64,000 nucleotides of DNA from a virus. The notes beneath the pieces were generated by a model. The model made no database searches. It had not been told where the DNA came from and saw only the letters and a program-made list of their open reading frames with translations. The position numbers and the translations under genes are program-made. The stretch covers positions 1 to 64,000 of IMG/VR virus record IMGVR_UViG_3300045988_182880. One strand, written 5' to 3'. Below are positions 20,693-30,014 of this stretch, piece by piece. How positions within the stretch are numbered: the stretch's first letter is position 1; every line of letters begins with the position of its first letter.

Positions 20693-20969
20693 TCCAAAAG
20701 CGCGGTTTTGTCCGCGCAGCTGCTCCAAAAGACAGCCTCCACACGGCGAGCAGCGGGAACATGCTGGTCGGAAACGGCACGGTTGTCAGCTACCAGTGCC
20801 ACTCGATGGATGAGGCGGTCGATATGGTCGCCGCCTTGTACAATGGCAGAAAAACAGAAGCAGCGCAAGCATAACCATCCTGCAAAAATATATGCCGTTC
20901 ATCTTTTTGGGTGGACGGCTTTTTGTTTTGTGAATACAGCGATTCAGTGGCGAAGCGAGCCGATTTTAC

Positions 20970-21022
20970 CAGCAGTTTGATATTCTGCGGCATGATTTCC
21001 AGCAGTTTGATACTCTGTGGGC
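20970..21022 (+). repeat. Two direct 22-bp repeats CAGCAGTTTGATA(T/C)TCTG(C/T)GGC (putative regulator binding sites) immediately upstream of promoter box i
   Basis: The two copies are spaced 30 bp start to start. A third copy lies at 28849-28870. Confidence 0.45.
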
Positions 21023-21024
21023 AG

Positions 21025-21052
21025 TTGCACAGCCGTGCAAATTGCATACAAT
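21025..21052 (+). promoter_or_regulatory. Promoter with box variant (i): TTGCAC-16-TACAAT, spacer agcCGTGCaAATTGCA
   Basis: Motif family. Confidence 0.45.
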
Positions 21053-21393
21053 GGGAATTGGAGAACAAAAAAGCGATGCAAGGATGTATTTGCAATAAAT
21101 ATGGCGGCTGTTTTTGGTATTCATGAAACAACACGAAATTAAACGAAACGCGAAGAGGATACAAGAAAAGACGAATGAAATCCGGCTGAGGCGGATAATA
21201 CTTGCGCCGAGTGGTTTGAAGTCCGGACAATGGGACAGCTAAAGTGGTAAAATGAAACTAGGAATACCTAAAATCAGATTTAACCGAAAAAACAAAAACC
21301 ATGAATGAATAATTGGTTGCTAAAAAGTAACCGCTCGCTTTTATACCCAAACCAACAAATGACCCAAATCTGTTTAGGAAGGATAGGCACAAA

Positions 21394-23549
21394 ATGGCAA
21401 GAAGGAAAACAAACGACTTGGAAAATCAGATGTCGCTCATGGACATGATTGCATCGGAAAGCCCCGAATATACCGAAGAAGGCCCGGAAGAACTCTTGGA
21501 CCCCGGCGAGGACATGGGGGACAGTGAAGGGCAGACGGATAAGCCCTTCAAACTCGTGGCGAACAAGACCACGAAGGCAAAGGTGAGCATCTCCACGCAG
21601 GCGCTGAATGTTGTGAAGGCGGTATATGCTGATACGGTCGAAACGAATTGGGAAGAGTTGTTTGACGGGTTCGACAGACTCTATGCTATCACTTTTTCGT
21701 CCGGTATCGAGTTCGTGAATAAGGTCATCAACAAGTTCTCGTATGCGGAAGTCGTGTTCGGCTGCGAGAAAATCATCGCCAACGACATCGCTGCCATCAT
21801 GTCGGTGCAAATCGACAGCGTGCAGCGGCTCGCTAAGTCTAAGTCGGCAGGGAACCTTGCGAACCGCCTCGATGACGGGTCCTTGCAGCTGTATGTATCG
21901 CGGGACACGAAATCGCACGAGAAAATCTTTATCTTGGAGAGCGCTGACCATAAGCGTGTCCGAGTCATCACCGGCAGTGCGAATATGTCGGCATCGGCGT
22001 TTTGCGGCATTCAGCGAGAGAATATCGTCTGCTTCGATGACGAGGCGGCATTTTCGCATTACAAGGTTCTGTTCGAGACCTTCAAGGAGACCTGCTCCGA
22101 CAATGTCTCCTATAAGGCAGTCGTGAACACCATGAACCAGGAAGATTATCTGAAAGAGAACATCAAAGAAGTGCCCGTCTTTCAGTCTATTGAAAAGCAG
22201 AAGCTTGTCTTTCTGGAACAGGCACAGCCTGAGGATGAGGTCGAATACGAGATAGTTGCCGATGTCAAGAAAATGCAGGAACTCGTCAAGCCAATCATGC
22301 CTAAGATGCCGGTACAGGCGAATCGTATTGTAGTGGCAGCGGAACCGATGCGCGTTTTCGGGAAACGATATACCGAGGTGCGGCGTGTGGCAGCTGAGGC
22401 AGTTAAGCAGCTCCCGAAATTACATATCGACTATGATGCCGGGACCATGACCTTCAACGACGAGAATATCGACCTCAATCCGAATCTCAGCGAGGTGGCA
22501 AAGAACATCGAGAGCATCCAGAAGTTCTTCTCAGGCATGGACTACTTTTACGGCGATGTCGAACAGGCCAAGAAGGACTACTTCAAGTACATGACCTGGT
22601 ATCTGGCTACCCCGTTCATGGCGTACCTTCGGTATTTTGCGTCAAGGAACAACTACGATACGAAGCTGTTCCCGATGTACGGCGTAATTTACGGTGACTC
22701 AAACGGCGGCAAGACGACCTTTATAAAATTTCTTGTCAAACTCATGTGCGGTGAGACCGTTAAGATGAACACGACGGAGGATTTCACAGCCACAAGAATC
22801 GACGGCCTCAAACGAGTTTGTGAGGGGCTGCCGCTGAACATCGACGACCTCGCCAAGACCCAGTTTCAGAACGGGTAATCAAGAACGATGAATGGGGTAT
22901 CTCGGACAGGCTCGTGAACTATCCTGCTGTATCTATCACATCGAATAAAATTACCTCGCTGACAAAAGACCTCTCGAAACGTGCTATCATCTGTCGAATT
23001 GGTGCTAAAATCGACAACGAGCGCGGTGCCAAGAACTCGAAGCGTGTGAATGAGAGTATGTCGGAGCTGACAACCGCGTTCTATGGCGAATATGTCCGCC
23101 GAATGCTTGTTTGCATCGATGAGATGACGACGGAAATGCGTGAAAATGCGAATGGCAAGGAATACTTCCCGGATATCTTCCACGCTTCGTCTAGTGTCAT
23201 TGCAGATATCTTCGAGGCATGCGGAATCGATTTGCCGGACTATGTGCGTATCCTGTACTATAACGACTATATGGGTGATGAGAGCATTGGTCGTGCTGCA
23301 ATTGAGAAAATCGAACTGGCATGGCAGGCTGACCCGAGCAAGTTCCGGGTTGATAAGAAGCAGAACAGGCTCATTTACTCCTATCCGCCGGATGGACCGT
23401 GGTACGAACTGAAATACATTGCAGATGAGCTGCCGAACTCCCTCGAAGCAGAGATTTCTGGCGGCAACCAGCTTATCATGAACTACGAGCAGGCACAGGA
23501 ATTGTTCGGCATCAAGTTTCGGCGCTGGCTGGGCATCTTTAACCTCTAA
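21394..23549 (+). pseudogene. P4/VirE-type primase-helicase-like P-loop protein, interrupted by an apparent frameshift near 22870 (ORFs 21394-22878 and 22914-23549)
   Basis: Walker A GDSNGGKTT is present. The downstream ORF's frame stays open upstream across the stop of the first ORF and overlaps it, which indicates a single disrupted gene. Confidence 0.5.
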
Positions 23550-23600
23550 TATGCATGGCAGGTTCTTTTCGGAGCCTGCCTTCTTATTTCGCAAAAATAG

Positions 23601-23629
23601 TTGCCCATTTGTGCGAATTGCAGACAATC
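23601..23629 (+). promoter_or_regulatory. Promoter with conserved box (c): TTGCCC-17-ACAATC, spacer atttGTGCGAATTGCAg
   Basis: Motif family. Confidence 0.5.
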
Positions 23630-23711
23630 AGAAATAAAGCGTAAAGCAAAGAAGCTGAGTACCATCTCAAAATTTGCAAGCAAAAAGTTGATTGAGCGAA
23701 ATTGGAATATC

Positions 23712-23984
23712 ATGAAAGACTACGGCAACGGCTATTCCATTGAGGAGCTTGCCGCAAAATACAGGTTGAGCGTCCGTACATGCTATCGAGCGTTAGACGA
23801 CGCGAAACAGAAGGCCAGAATTCAGTTGGCGCAGGTAGAGGATGCCAGAAAAGCTGAAATCCTTGCGGCATACAAGAACAGTGTCCCTCTCAAGGAAATG
23901 ATTGCGAAATTCAACGTGGCAGGTCAACAACCCCGCCTAAACCGGTTCGCCGGTTATAGACGGGGCTTGCGGGGCAACCCGTAA
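23712..23984 (+). CDS. Small protein with two HTH modules (GYSIEELAAKYRLSVRTCYRAL type)
   Basis: The HTH module resembles those of the 50455-52449 poly-HTH genes. The 3' end may be over-extended into the downstream structured RNA. Confidence 0.45.
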   Translation: MKDYGNGYSIEELAAKYRLSVRTCYRALDDAKQKARIQLAQVEDARKAEILAAYKNSVPLKEMIAKFNVAGQQPRLNRFAGYRRGLRGNP

Positions 23985-24289
23985 GCCCAGTTGATTAGCC
24001 TCAGTGAACGGTAACTTCGGTTGCTGCGAACTCCGTTATGCATTTGATGAGCAATCATCTTCATAATATAGGCACCCCGATATGCTCCACAAGTGTCGGG
24101 CTTTGCGGGCAGTGTATGTATCAATGGCGCAAGCCGTTGATATGTATTACGTTAAAAATCTCTAAGGGTAGGAGATGTGCGGCTGCCATGCCGAAAGGCT
24201 AAAACAGTGCATAACATTGGCGAAGTGGACCACAGGGCGCAAGCCCTGACTTATAGTTTCATTACTATTTTACGAAAGGAGTACCTTGC
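23985..24289 (+). ncRNA. Candidate IscB omega-RNA (structured, multiple GNRA-capped hairpins) 5' of the IscB-like gene
   Basis: Hairpins are present: cggGGCAAcccg, ggcGCAAgcc and gggcGCAAgccc, plus a further GC-rich stem (ggggcttgcgggg). The approximately 300-nt non-coding GC-rich region sits directly upstream of the RRXRR/HNH gene. Confidence 0.4.
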
Positions 24290-25687
24290 ATGAGCACTTG
24301 CGTTTGCGTTCTCAGCAACAGTGGTGAACGCTTAATGCCTACCTTCCGTCTTGGCAAGGTGCGCCATCTTCTGAAAGACGGAAAGGCTAAAATCGTTAAG
24401 CATCACCCGTTTACCATCCAGCTGCTGTATGACAGCAAAACGAACACGCAGCCTATTGAAATCTGCGAGGATGTGGGCTACAACTACATCGGCATCAGTG
24501 TGAAAAGTCAATCTCACGAGTATGTATCTGCTCAATATGATACATTACAGGACGAGAAAGCCTGCCACGACAGTTGTCGTAAGTTGCGCCGTACACGCAG
24601 AAACAGACTGCGTTACCGTAAACCGCGCTTCGATAACCGCAAGCGCGGCGAAGGTTGGCTTGCTCCTTCTTTGAGGCATAAGAAAGAACTCAATGTCAAC
24701 GTTGTCAAGATGTATTGTGCAGTAATGCCCATTACTCATGCAACAGTTGAGGTTGGTTCTTTCGACACAATGCTTGTAAAAGCAATTCAGGAAGGAAAAG
24801 CCATTCCTGAGGGAGCAGACTATCAAAAAGGTCCTCGCTACAATTTGGCAACCTTGCGTGAGGCAGTGTTCTACCGTGATAATTACACCTGCCAAGTTTG
24901 TGGACGCAAAGTCGCGGATGGTGCCATTTTACATATGCACCACATGTTCTACTGGAAAGGTCGTCACGGCGACAGCCTGAACGAACTTCTAACGGTATGC
25001 GAAAAGTGCCATACACCAGCTAACCATCAAAAAGGCGGTAAGCTTTATGGCTTCGGAGAAAATGTAAAGTTTGCCGACCTTTCCGGTGCGGCTTTTATGA
25101 ACACCGTTAGGTGGCAAATTGTCAATGAACTCTATGCTGCTTTTGGAAAAGATTTTGTCACCGTCACTTATGGCGCAATGACAAAAGAAAAGCGTATCGC
25201 ACTTCGACTTGAAAAAAGCCATAATAACGACGCGTATGCAATGGGCGAGTTTCATCCAAACTGCCGCTGTACGTTTGAACATTATGAAAAGGTAAGGCGT
25301 AATAATCGCATCCTTGAAAAGTTTTATGATTCTCGCTACATTGACATTCGTACAGGAGAAATAGCTACTGGAAAAGAACTCTTCAACGGTAGAATTAACC
25401 GTAACCACAAAAAGGATTCGGAAAATTTGCACAGATACCGTGGCAAGAGGACATACGCAGGGCATCGCGCTCTATTACGCAAAAAGGTAAACCTTAATCC
25501 GGGTGATTTAGTCTCTCTCAACGGAGAAGTTCTCGTTGTGCATAGCACTCATACCAATAAAAAGGGTGCTGTAAATGTAGAATTCAAAACACCCGGAAAA
25601 AGCGGTCAAAAATCTGCAAGCCTTAAAAAGCTTAAAATCGTAAAGACGACAGATTCCATGCATTCTGCATGGGAAAAAATATCTTAA
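24290..25687 (+). CDS. iscB: IscB-like RRXRR/HNH endonuclease with degenerate RuvC-I (IGISVKS instead of GIDPGS)
   Basis: PLMP-like N-terminus LSNSGERLMPTFRLGKVRHLLKDGKAKIVKHHPFTIQL. The bridge helix is RRTRRNRLRYRKPRF. The HNH motif is CQVCGRK...HMHH...CEKCH. RuvC-II is TVEVGSFD and RuvC-III is SHNNDAYAMG. Confidence 0.75.
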   Translation: MSTCVCVLSNSGERLMPTFRLGKVRHLLKDGKAKIVKHHPFTIQLLYDSKTNTQPIEICEDVGYNYIGISVKSQSHEYVSAQYDTLQDEKACHDSCRKLRRTRRNRLRYRKPRFDNRKRGEGWLAPSLRHKKELNVNVVKMYCAVMPITHATVEVGSFDTMLVKAIQEGKAIPEGADYQKGPRYNLATLREAVFYRDNYTCQVCGRKVADGAILHMHHMFYWKGRHGDSLNELLTVCEKCHTPANHQKGGKLYGFGENVKFADLSGAAFMNTVRWQIVNELYAAFGKDFVTVTYGAMTKEKRIALRLEKSHNNDAYAMGEFHPNCRCTFEHYEKVRRNNRILEKFYDSRYIDIRTGEIATGKELFNGRINRNHKKDSENLHRYRGKRTYAGHRALLRKKVNLNPGDLVSLNGEVLVVHSTHTNKKGAVNVEFKTPGKSGQKSASLKKLKIVKTTDSMHSAWEKIS

Positions 25688-25819
25688 TCATTTAAAGAAA
25701 GGAGTAGCAAGGTATTTGTGCTAACTGAGTACACTTCAAATTGCCTCTTGGTTAGCGCATTCCTCACCGCCTAAGTTAAGTCGCAAGCGACTATAGACGG
25801 TGTACCCTGCGCACATAAT

Positions 25820-26461
25820 TTGATGAAATGGATTGTGAAGCAAACCAAATCGAAAGGATATGAGTTCACCTTCGATATCGTGAAAGGCAAGGCCGTTATC
25901 GGGCAGGCACACTATATCCCGAAATTGCTACGGCAGGGTTATGGCATCCGGCTGAATGATTCCAAGTTCCTGCTGCAATACATGCCAGCTGCTGACGCAA
26001 GGGCGTACATGCGCGGCATCAACACGAAAGATATTCTGAGACACCCTTTTGCTATCCGTGAGAACAACTGCACGGTAGGCGAGATTTCCGTTGTACGCAC
26101 AAAGACCGGATTTCTCCAAGGATACAACTCTATTGCGATGCAGCTGTATGGCAAGGAGTACCAGAGCTACAAAATCGGCTTTGGAAGAGAAGGCATATGC
26201 TGCCCCGTATTTCTTGGCGGACAGCAAATTGCCCAAATCAACAAGAGTGCGGTAGTCAAGGATAATCTGGATGAATACCTGATTTACGCAGTGGATGAAA
26301 GAGCACTGCTGCCATCCGTCATGTTTGCTATCTACATTGACGGGATGTATTACTCGAACCGGGGTGTGTATGCGGAAGACGCGACAACTGTTAAGTGCGA
26401 GTACTGCCTGAATGAGGATGTCCTGTCTCACTATGACCCGAACTTCATCAAGGGGTTATAA
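25820..26461 (+). CDS. Hypothetical protein
   Basis: Long ORF in the operon context. Confidence 0.4.
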   Translation: MMKWIVKQTKSKGYEFTFDIVKGKAVIGQAHYIPKLLRQGYGIRLNDSKFLLQYMPAADARAYMRGINTKDILRHPFAIRENNCTVGEISVVRTKTGFLQGYNSIAMQLYGKEYQSYKIGFGREGICCPVFLGGQQIAQINKSAVVKDNLDEYLIYAVDERALLPSVMFAIYIDGMYYSNRGVYAEDATTVKCEYCLNEDVLSHYDPNFIKGL

Positions 26462-26494
26462 TTCCAACGCCTGGCATTCACAGACAATATCATG

Positions 26495-26523
26495 TTGCGG
26501 AACTGTGCGAATTGCAGACAATT
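26495..26523 (+). promoter_or_regulatory. Promoter with conserved box (d): TTGCGG-17-ACAATT, spacer aaCTGTGCGAATTGCAg
   Basis: Motif family. Confidence 0.5.
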
Positions 26524-26566
26524 AAAAACAGATGAATTACAAAAGCTACGCTACAGAGGATAAGCT

Positions 26567-27142
26567 ATGAGCTACGAACCTATTATAACACCGGGCAGGA
26601 ATTTTTTTCTTGTTTCAACGGAATATAAAGAGAGCTGCTCTGCCTGGTGCCGCAAGCAAATTGGCACGACACTGAGAACCTGTCAGGGACGAATTATCAT
26701 CATCGATGCGACGGGCGAGTATGCGAACCTGGCGCTTGACCATGACAGACTAATTCGAGAGAAGATTCCGTCCATCATTTACCGGTATAAGTTGGTGGAC
26801 GGGAAACCGTATCTTGCTCACGTCATTGAGGTCGATACGGAAGCAAATGAAGCGCCGCGCCTGATTGTATACGATATCAGCCGAACCTTAATCACCAGCT
26901 GGAAAGTCGGCGTGGAAGCCATCAATAAAATCCTGCAATCTTATGCCGTGATGCAGGACAATGAAATCGCATGGCTGTATGTTCCGTTGGACCTATATAC
27001 CAATGTCAAGCCCGAAAGCGAATCCTGGAACATCCTGGAACGAACCATCAAGGGCAATGAAGGAAAGCTCATGACGGTGCTAACAACACGAAAATTCAAT
27101 ATCGGTACAGTTCAGCGTTGTTTACATATGAATAAAGAATAA
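26567..27142 (+). CDS. Hypothetical protein
   Basis: ORF downstream of promoter box d. Confidence 0.4.
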   Translation: MSYEPIITPGRNFFLVSTEYKESCSAWCRKQIGTTLRTCQGRIIIIDATGEYANLALDHDRLIREKIPSIIYRYKLVDGKPYLAHVIEVDTEANEAPRLIVYDISRTLITSWKVGVEAINKILQSYAVMQDNEIAWLYVPLDLYTNVKPESESWNILERTIKGNEGKLMTVLTTRKFNIGTVQRCLHMNKE

Positions 27143-27158
27143 TATTGGAGGATATTAC

Positions 27159-28046
27159 ATGACAAACGAACAGTTGAGAATCGCATTGACGGCGAATGCC
27201 GTTACCAAACAGACCCGTAACCATTTTGGGTTCAGTGACCCGTGTGGGAAGACTCTGGAAGAGTACAACAAATCTTCAATGCTTTGCTGTGTGACGGCAG
27301 CGCAGAAAATGAACACGCCGGGTTTCGAGCGTGTCCTTGCTGCACAGATTTTCCCCTGCTTCACCATCGGCTGCTGGAACCAGACGAAGACGGTCTATGA
27401 TTTTGACTACGAGTTCCAGAAAATTCTTATGGATACGGATGACATGGCAATTCATCAGGATATCCTGCAGCGGCTTCCGATTCGTGATTTCTTTATCCCG
27501 GTGTATGACAGCTACGACTACAACGGTATGTTCGTGCATGTGGAATTCGAAGAGAAAGAGAAGACCACTGCTTTCGGCATCGTTCTTGTCGGCCCGGCCA
27601 AAGGCAGCCATGATGATTTCACGTTCCTGACTCTGCCTGCCTGGGCCAAAGAAAACCAGAGCTTGACGGAAGCAACTCGGAGCACGAAAGAATACCTGGA
27701 AAAGGCGGCCGGGCAGCGGCAGGTAAATGGTATCAGCGTTCCGGCTGTGATGGAAGCAGTTCCTTCGGTCTTTGACGGCGGCACGCCTTATGTTCGCCTG
27801 GCAATCCTGTGTGCCTACTATCTTGCCAGTAAGAGCCCTGATGTCCGCTTGGAAACTTCCAAAAAGCGTGACCGCCCGGTATTCGTGTTCCAAGGGAAAG
27901 CACAACGCATCAACGTCAAGGCATATACCGTTGGTGAGAATGCGGCCAAAGAATACAAGAAGAACGGGGAAGGCAAAACTCCTCGCTGGCGGCATTACTG
28001 GTGCGGCAATGGCCGGGAACGTCGGGAATGCAAATTCATCTATTGA
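27159..28046 (+). CDS. Hypothetical protein
   Basis: GGAGG RBS. Long ORF. Confidence 0.45.
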   Translation: MTNEQLRIALTANAVTKQTRNHFGFSDPCGKTLEEYNKSSMLCCVTAAQKMNTPGFERVLAAQIFPCFTIGCWNQTKTVYDFDYEFQKILMDTDDMAIHQDILQRLPIRDFFIPVYDSYDYNGMFVHVEFEEKEKTTAFGIVLVGPAKGSHDDFTFLTLPAWAKENQSLTEATRSTKEYLEKAAGQRQVNGISVPAVMEAVPSVFDGGTPYVRLAILCAYYLASKSPDVRLETSKKRDRPVFVFQGKAQRINVKAYTVGENAAKEYKKNGEGKTPRWRHYWCGNGRERRECKFIY

Positions 28047-28064
28047 TGGGATGAGGTAAATATC

Positions 28065-28772
28065 ATGGCTTCCCATACTTATCAGGACCCGATTGGGTTC
28101 TATGAATGGTTCGATGACCTTCCTTATGCTATCCAGGATAGTATTCTGAAACACCTGCCGCATATCGAAGGCGAGGAATGGTTCATCGTCATTATCTTTG
28201 CCGCTCTTATTCTAATGATTCTGGTTTCAGCGTATCTGGGCTTTGCAAGACATAATGTCAAAAAAACGAGTGAACGACTCAACGCTTTGAAAGAACTGAA
28301 CAACACGACTGAATTCATGCCGGTCGAGGCGCAGTACCGCTACTATCTACGTTCTGATACGAAGCTGGAATACGAGGAGTTCTCGCTCCCAAAATTCTTC
28401 CGCCGTGAAGTGAGGGAAAATTTCAAGCTGTACAATACCTTGCTTGGCAATGCTCGAGCGAACACAGTGCTATATGAAACCTATGGCCGTGAAATCCAGG
28501 AACTCCCGGATTGGACAGAATCGGATGACGATTGTGGACGGCATATCCCATTCTTTCTCTACCACAACATCGAGAAGGAACTGTACGATGAAACGGTTCT
28601 GGATTGTCCCGTGACAACTCCTGAATTCATCTGCACGAAAAGCTATCTGCCCAAAGACGCTAAGAATCCGATTGAGATGGAAGAGACCTATACGCTGGAG
28701 GAACTGGAAGAGTACATACGCCGCTTGAAGGTTGCAGCCGATGTCAAGAAGAACAGCCAGAACGCAGGCTGA
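28065..28772 (+). CDS. Hypothetical membrane-anchored protein (1 TM)
   Basis: Hydrophobic segment WFIVIIFAALILMILVSAYLGF. Confidence 0.4.
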   Translation: MASHTYQDPIGFYEWFDDLPYAIQDSILKHLPHIEGEEWFIVIIFAALILMILVSAYLGFARHNVKKTSERLNALKELNNTTEFMPVEAQYRYYLRSDTKLEYEEFSLPKFFRREVRENFKLYNTLLGNARANTVLYETYGREIQELPDWTESDDDCGRHIPFFLYHNIEKELYDETVLDCPVTTPEFICTKSYLPKDAKNPIEMEETYTLEELEEYIRRLKVAADVKKNSQNAG

Positions 28773-28848
28773 AAAAGGCGGTAAACAAATGCAAGAGGCG
28801 AGAGCCCCGGGTTTGTTGGTTCCAGAACGTTTTTCCACCTGAACTTTA

Positions 28849-28870
28849 ACAGCACTTTGATATTCTGCGG
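28849..28870 (+). repeat. Third copy of operator-like repeat CAGCACTTTGATATTCTGCGGC
   Basis: Matches the pair at 20970-21022. Confidence 0.4.
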
Positions 28871-28910
28871 CCATTGACAAACTGCCAAAGATGTGCTTAG
28901 GGCCAGAACT

Positions 28911-28938
28911 CTTGCAAAAACGTGCGATACGCATACAA
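28911..28938 (+). promoter_or_regulatory. Promoter with box variant (j): TTGCAA-16-TACAAT, spacer aaaCGTGCGAtacGCA
   Basis: Motif family. Confidence 0.45.
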
Positions 28939-28978
28939 TAAATAAAAATCCAAGATAGAACGAATAGGAGATATAAAC

Positions 28979-29587
28979 ATGAGTGAACAGAAAGAAAATG
29001 CTCAGCTCGAAGCTTATCGGACTCTCGTTGACGATTTCAAGCGCTTCGTCAGTTCTGAAATTCGGGCAGAGGAAAACAGCTACAGGATTGTGGACATGAC
29101 TTCCGAAGATGCCGAAATCGATGACCCGAGCGTTCCGGTGACTCAACTGGAGGACGAAAAAGCAGAGAAGCTCGCCGGTATCTGCATGGACCTGTCCGAC
29201 GCTACGCTGTGGCTCTACTACAACCGCGACAAGTTTGCGAACGTTGAGTTTATGCCTCTGAAAGAGGAGACTTTGAAGGAATACCAGAAGCAGGCTCAGA
29301 ATGCTCTGAATGAACCGAAGAGCCCTCTGTATCTGAAATCCTGGTATCAGCTCATTGAAATGTTGAGTCAGGAATGTATCCCGCAGCGCTACGAGGACGA
29401 CGGTCAGCGATATACAGACGTCTATGTGAACACCTATATGCTCATGTACCTGACCATGACCCGACTCAAGAACGGCGGAACCTTTACACGCCTTGCAAAC
29501 GGGCAGGGAAGCGATGCTGTGAAAATCACGACCATCGCAATGTACTACTTCTCCAGCCTTTTGACGGTTCTCTGCACTGAATATTAA
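28979..29587 (+). CDS. Hypothetical acidic protein
   Basis: RBS AGGAGAT is present and a terminator follows. Confidence 0.45.
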   Translation: MSEQKENAQLEAYRTLVDDFKRFVSSEIRAEENSYRIVDMTSEDAEIDDPSVPVTQLEDEKAEKLAGICMDLSDATLWLYYNRDKFANVEFMPLKEETLKEYQKQAQNALNEPKSPLYLKSWYQLIEMLSQECIPQRYEDDGQRYTDVYVNTYMLMYLTMTRLKNGGTFTRLANGQGSDAVKITTIAMYYFSSLLTVLCTEY

Positions 29588-29645
29588 GAAATTTTTTCCC
29601 GTGTGAGCAGCGACGCTCATGCGGGAATTTTTTTGTAATTTTCTA

Positions 29646-29673
29646 TTGTCAATCTGTGCGAATTGCGTACAAT
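29646..29673 (+). promoter_or_regulatory. Promoter with conserved box (e): TTGTCA-16-TACAAT, spacer atCTGTGCGAATTGCg
   Basis: Motif family. Confidence 0.5.
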
Positions 29674-29761
29674 GAAAAACATAAACCAAAAATATATCTT
29701 ATCGTTGTCCCGCATGAGTTGTTTGTGCGGGACTTTTTTATTTGCGGAAAGGAAATGCACT

Positions 29762-29959
29762 ATGTACGGTTTATCAGAAGAAAGCTTAACGATTGTTGGT
29801 GTTATTTTGATTGTGGTTGGTGTCGCTATGATTGGTTGGGGATTTGAATGGAATCAGGACATTACCAATGATAAACGGGTCGGAACTGTTGTCAGAGACA
29901 TTGGCGTTTTGGTTTTGGCAACCGGCATTATATTTGTGATGCAGCGGGCAATAAACTAA
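29762..29959 (+). CDS. Small two-TM membrane protein
   Basis: MYGLSEESLTIVGVILIVVGVAMIGWGF...VLVLATGIIFVM. The terminator hairpin AGGCAGGCTCATTTCGGGCCTGCTT follows. Confidence 0.4.
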   Translation: MYGLSEESLTIVGVILIVVGVAMIGWGFEWNQDITNDKRVGTVVRDIGVLVLATGIIFVMQRAIN

Positions 29960-30014
29960 ATTGGGAAAATGTAAGGCAGGCTCATTTCGGGCCTGCTTGT
30001 TTTTTGGGTGAAAT

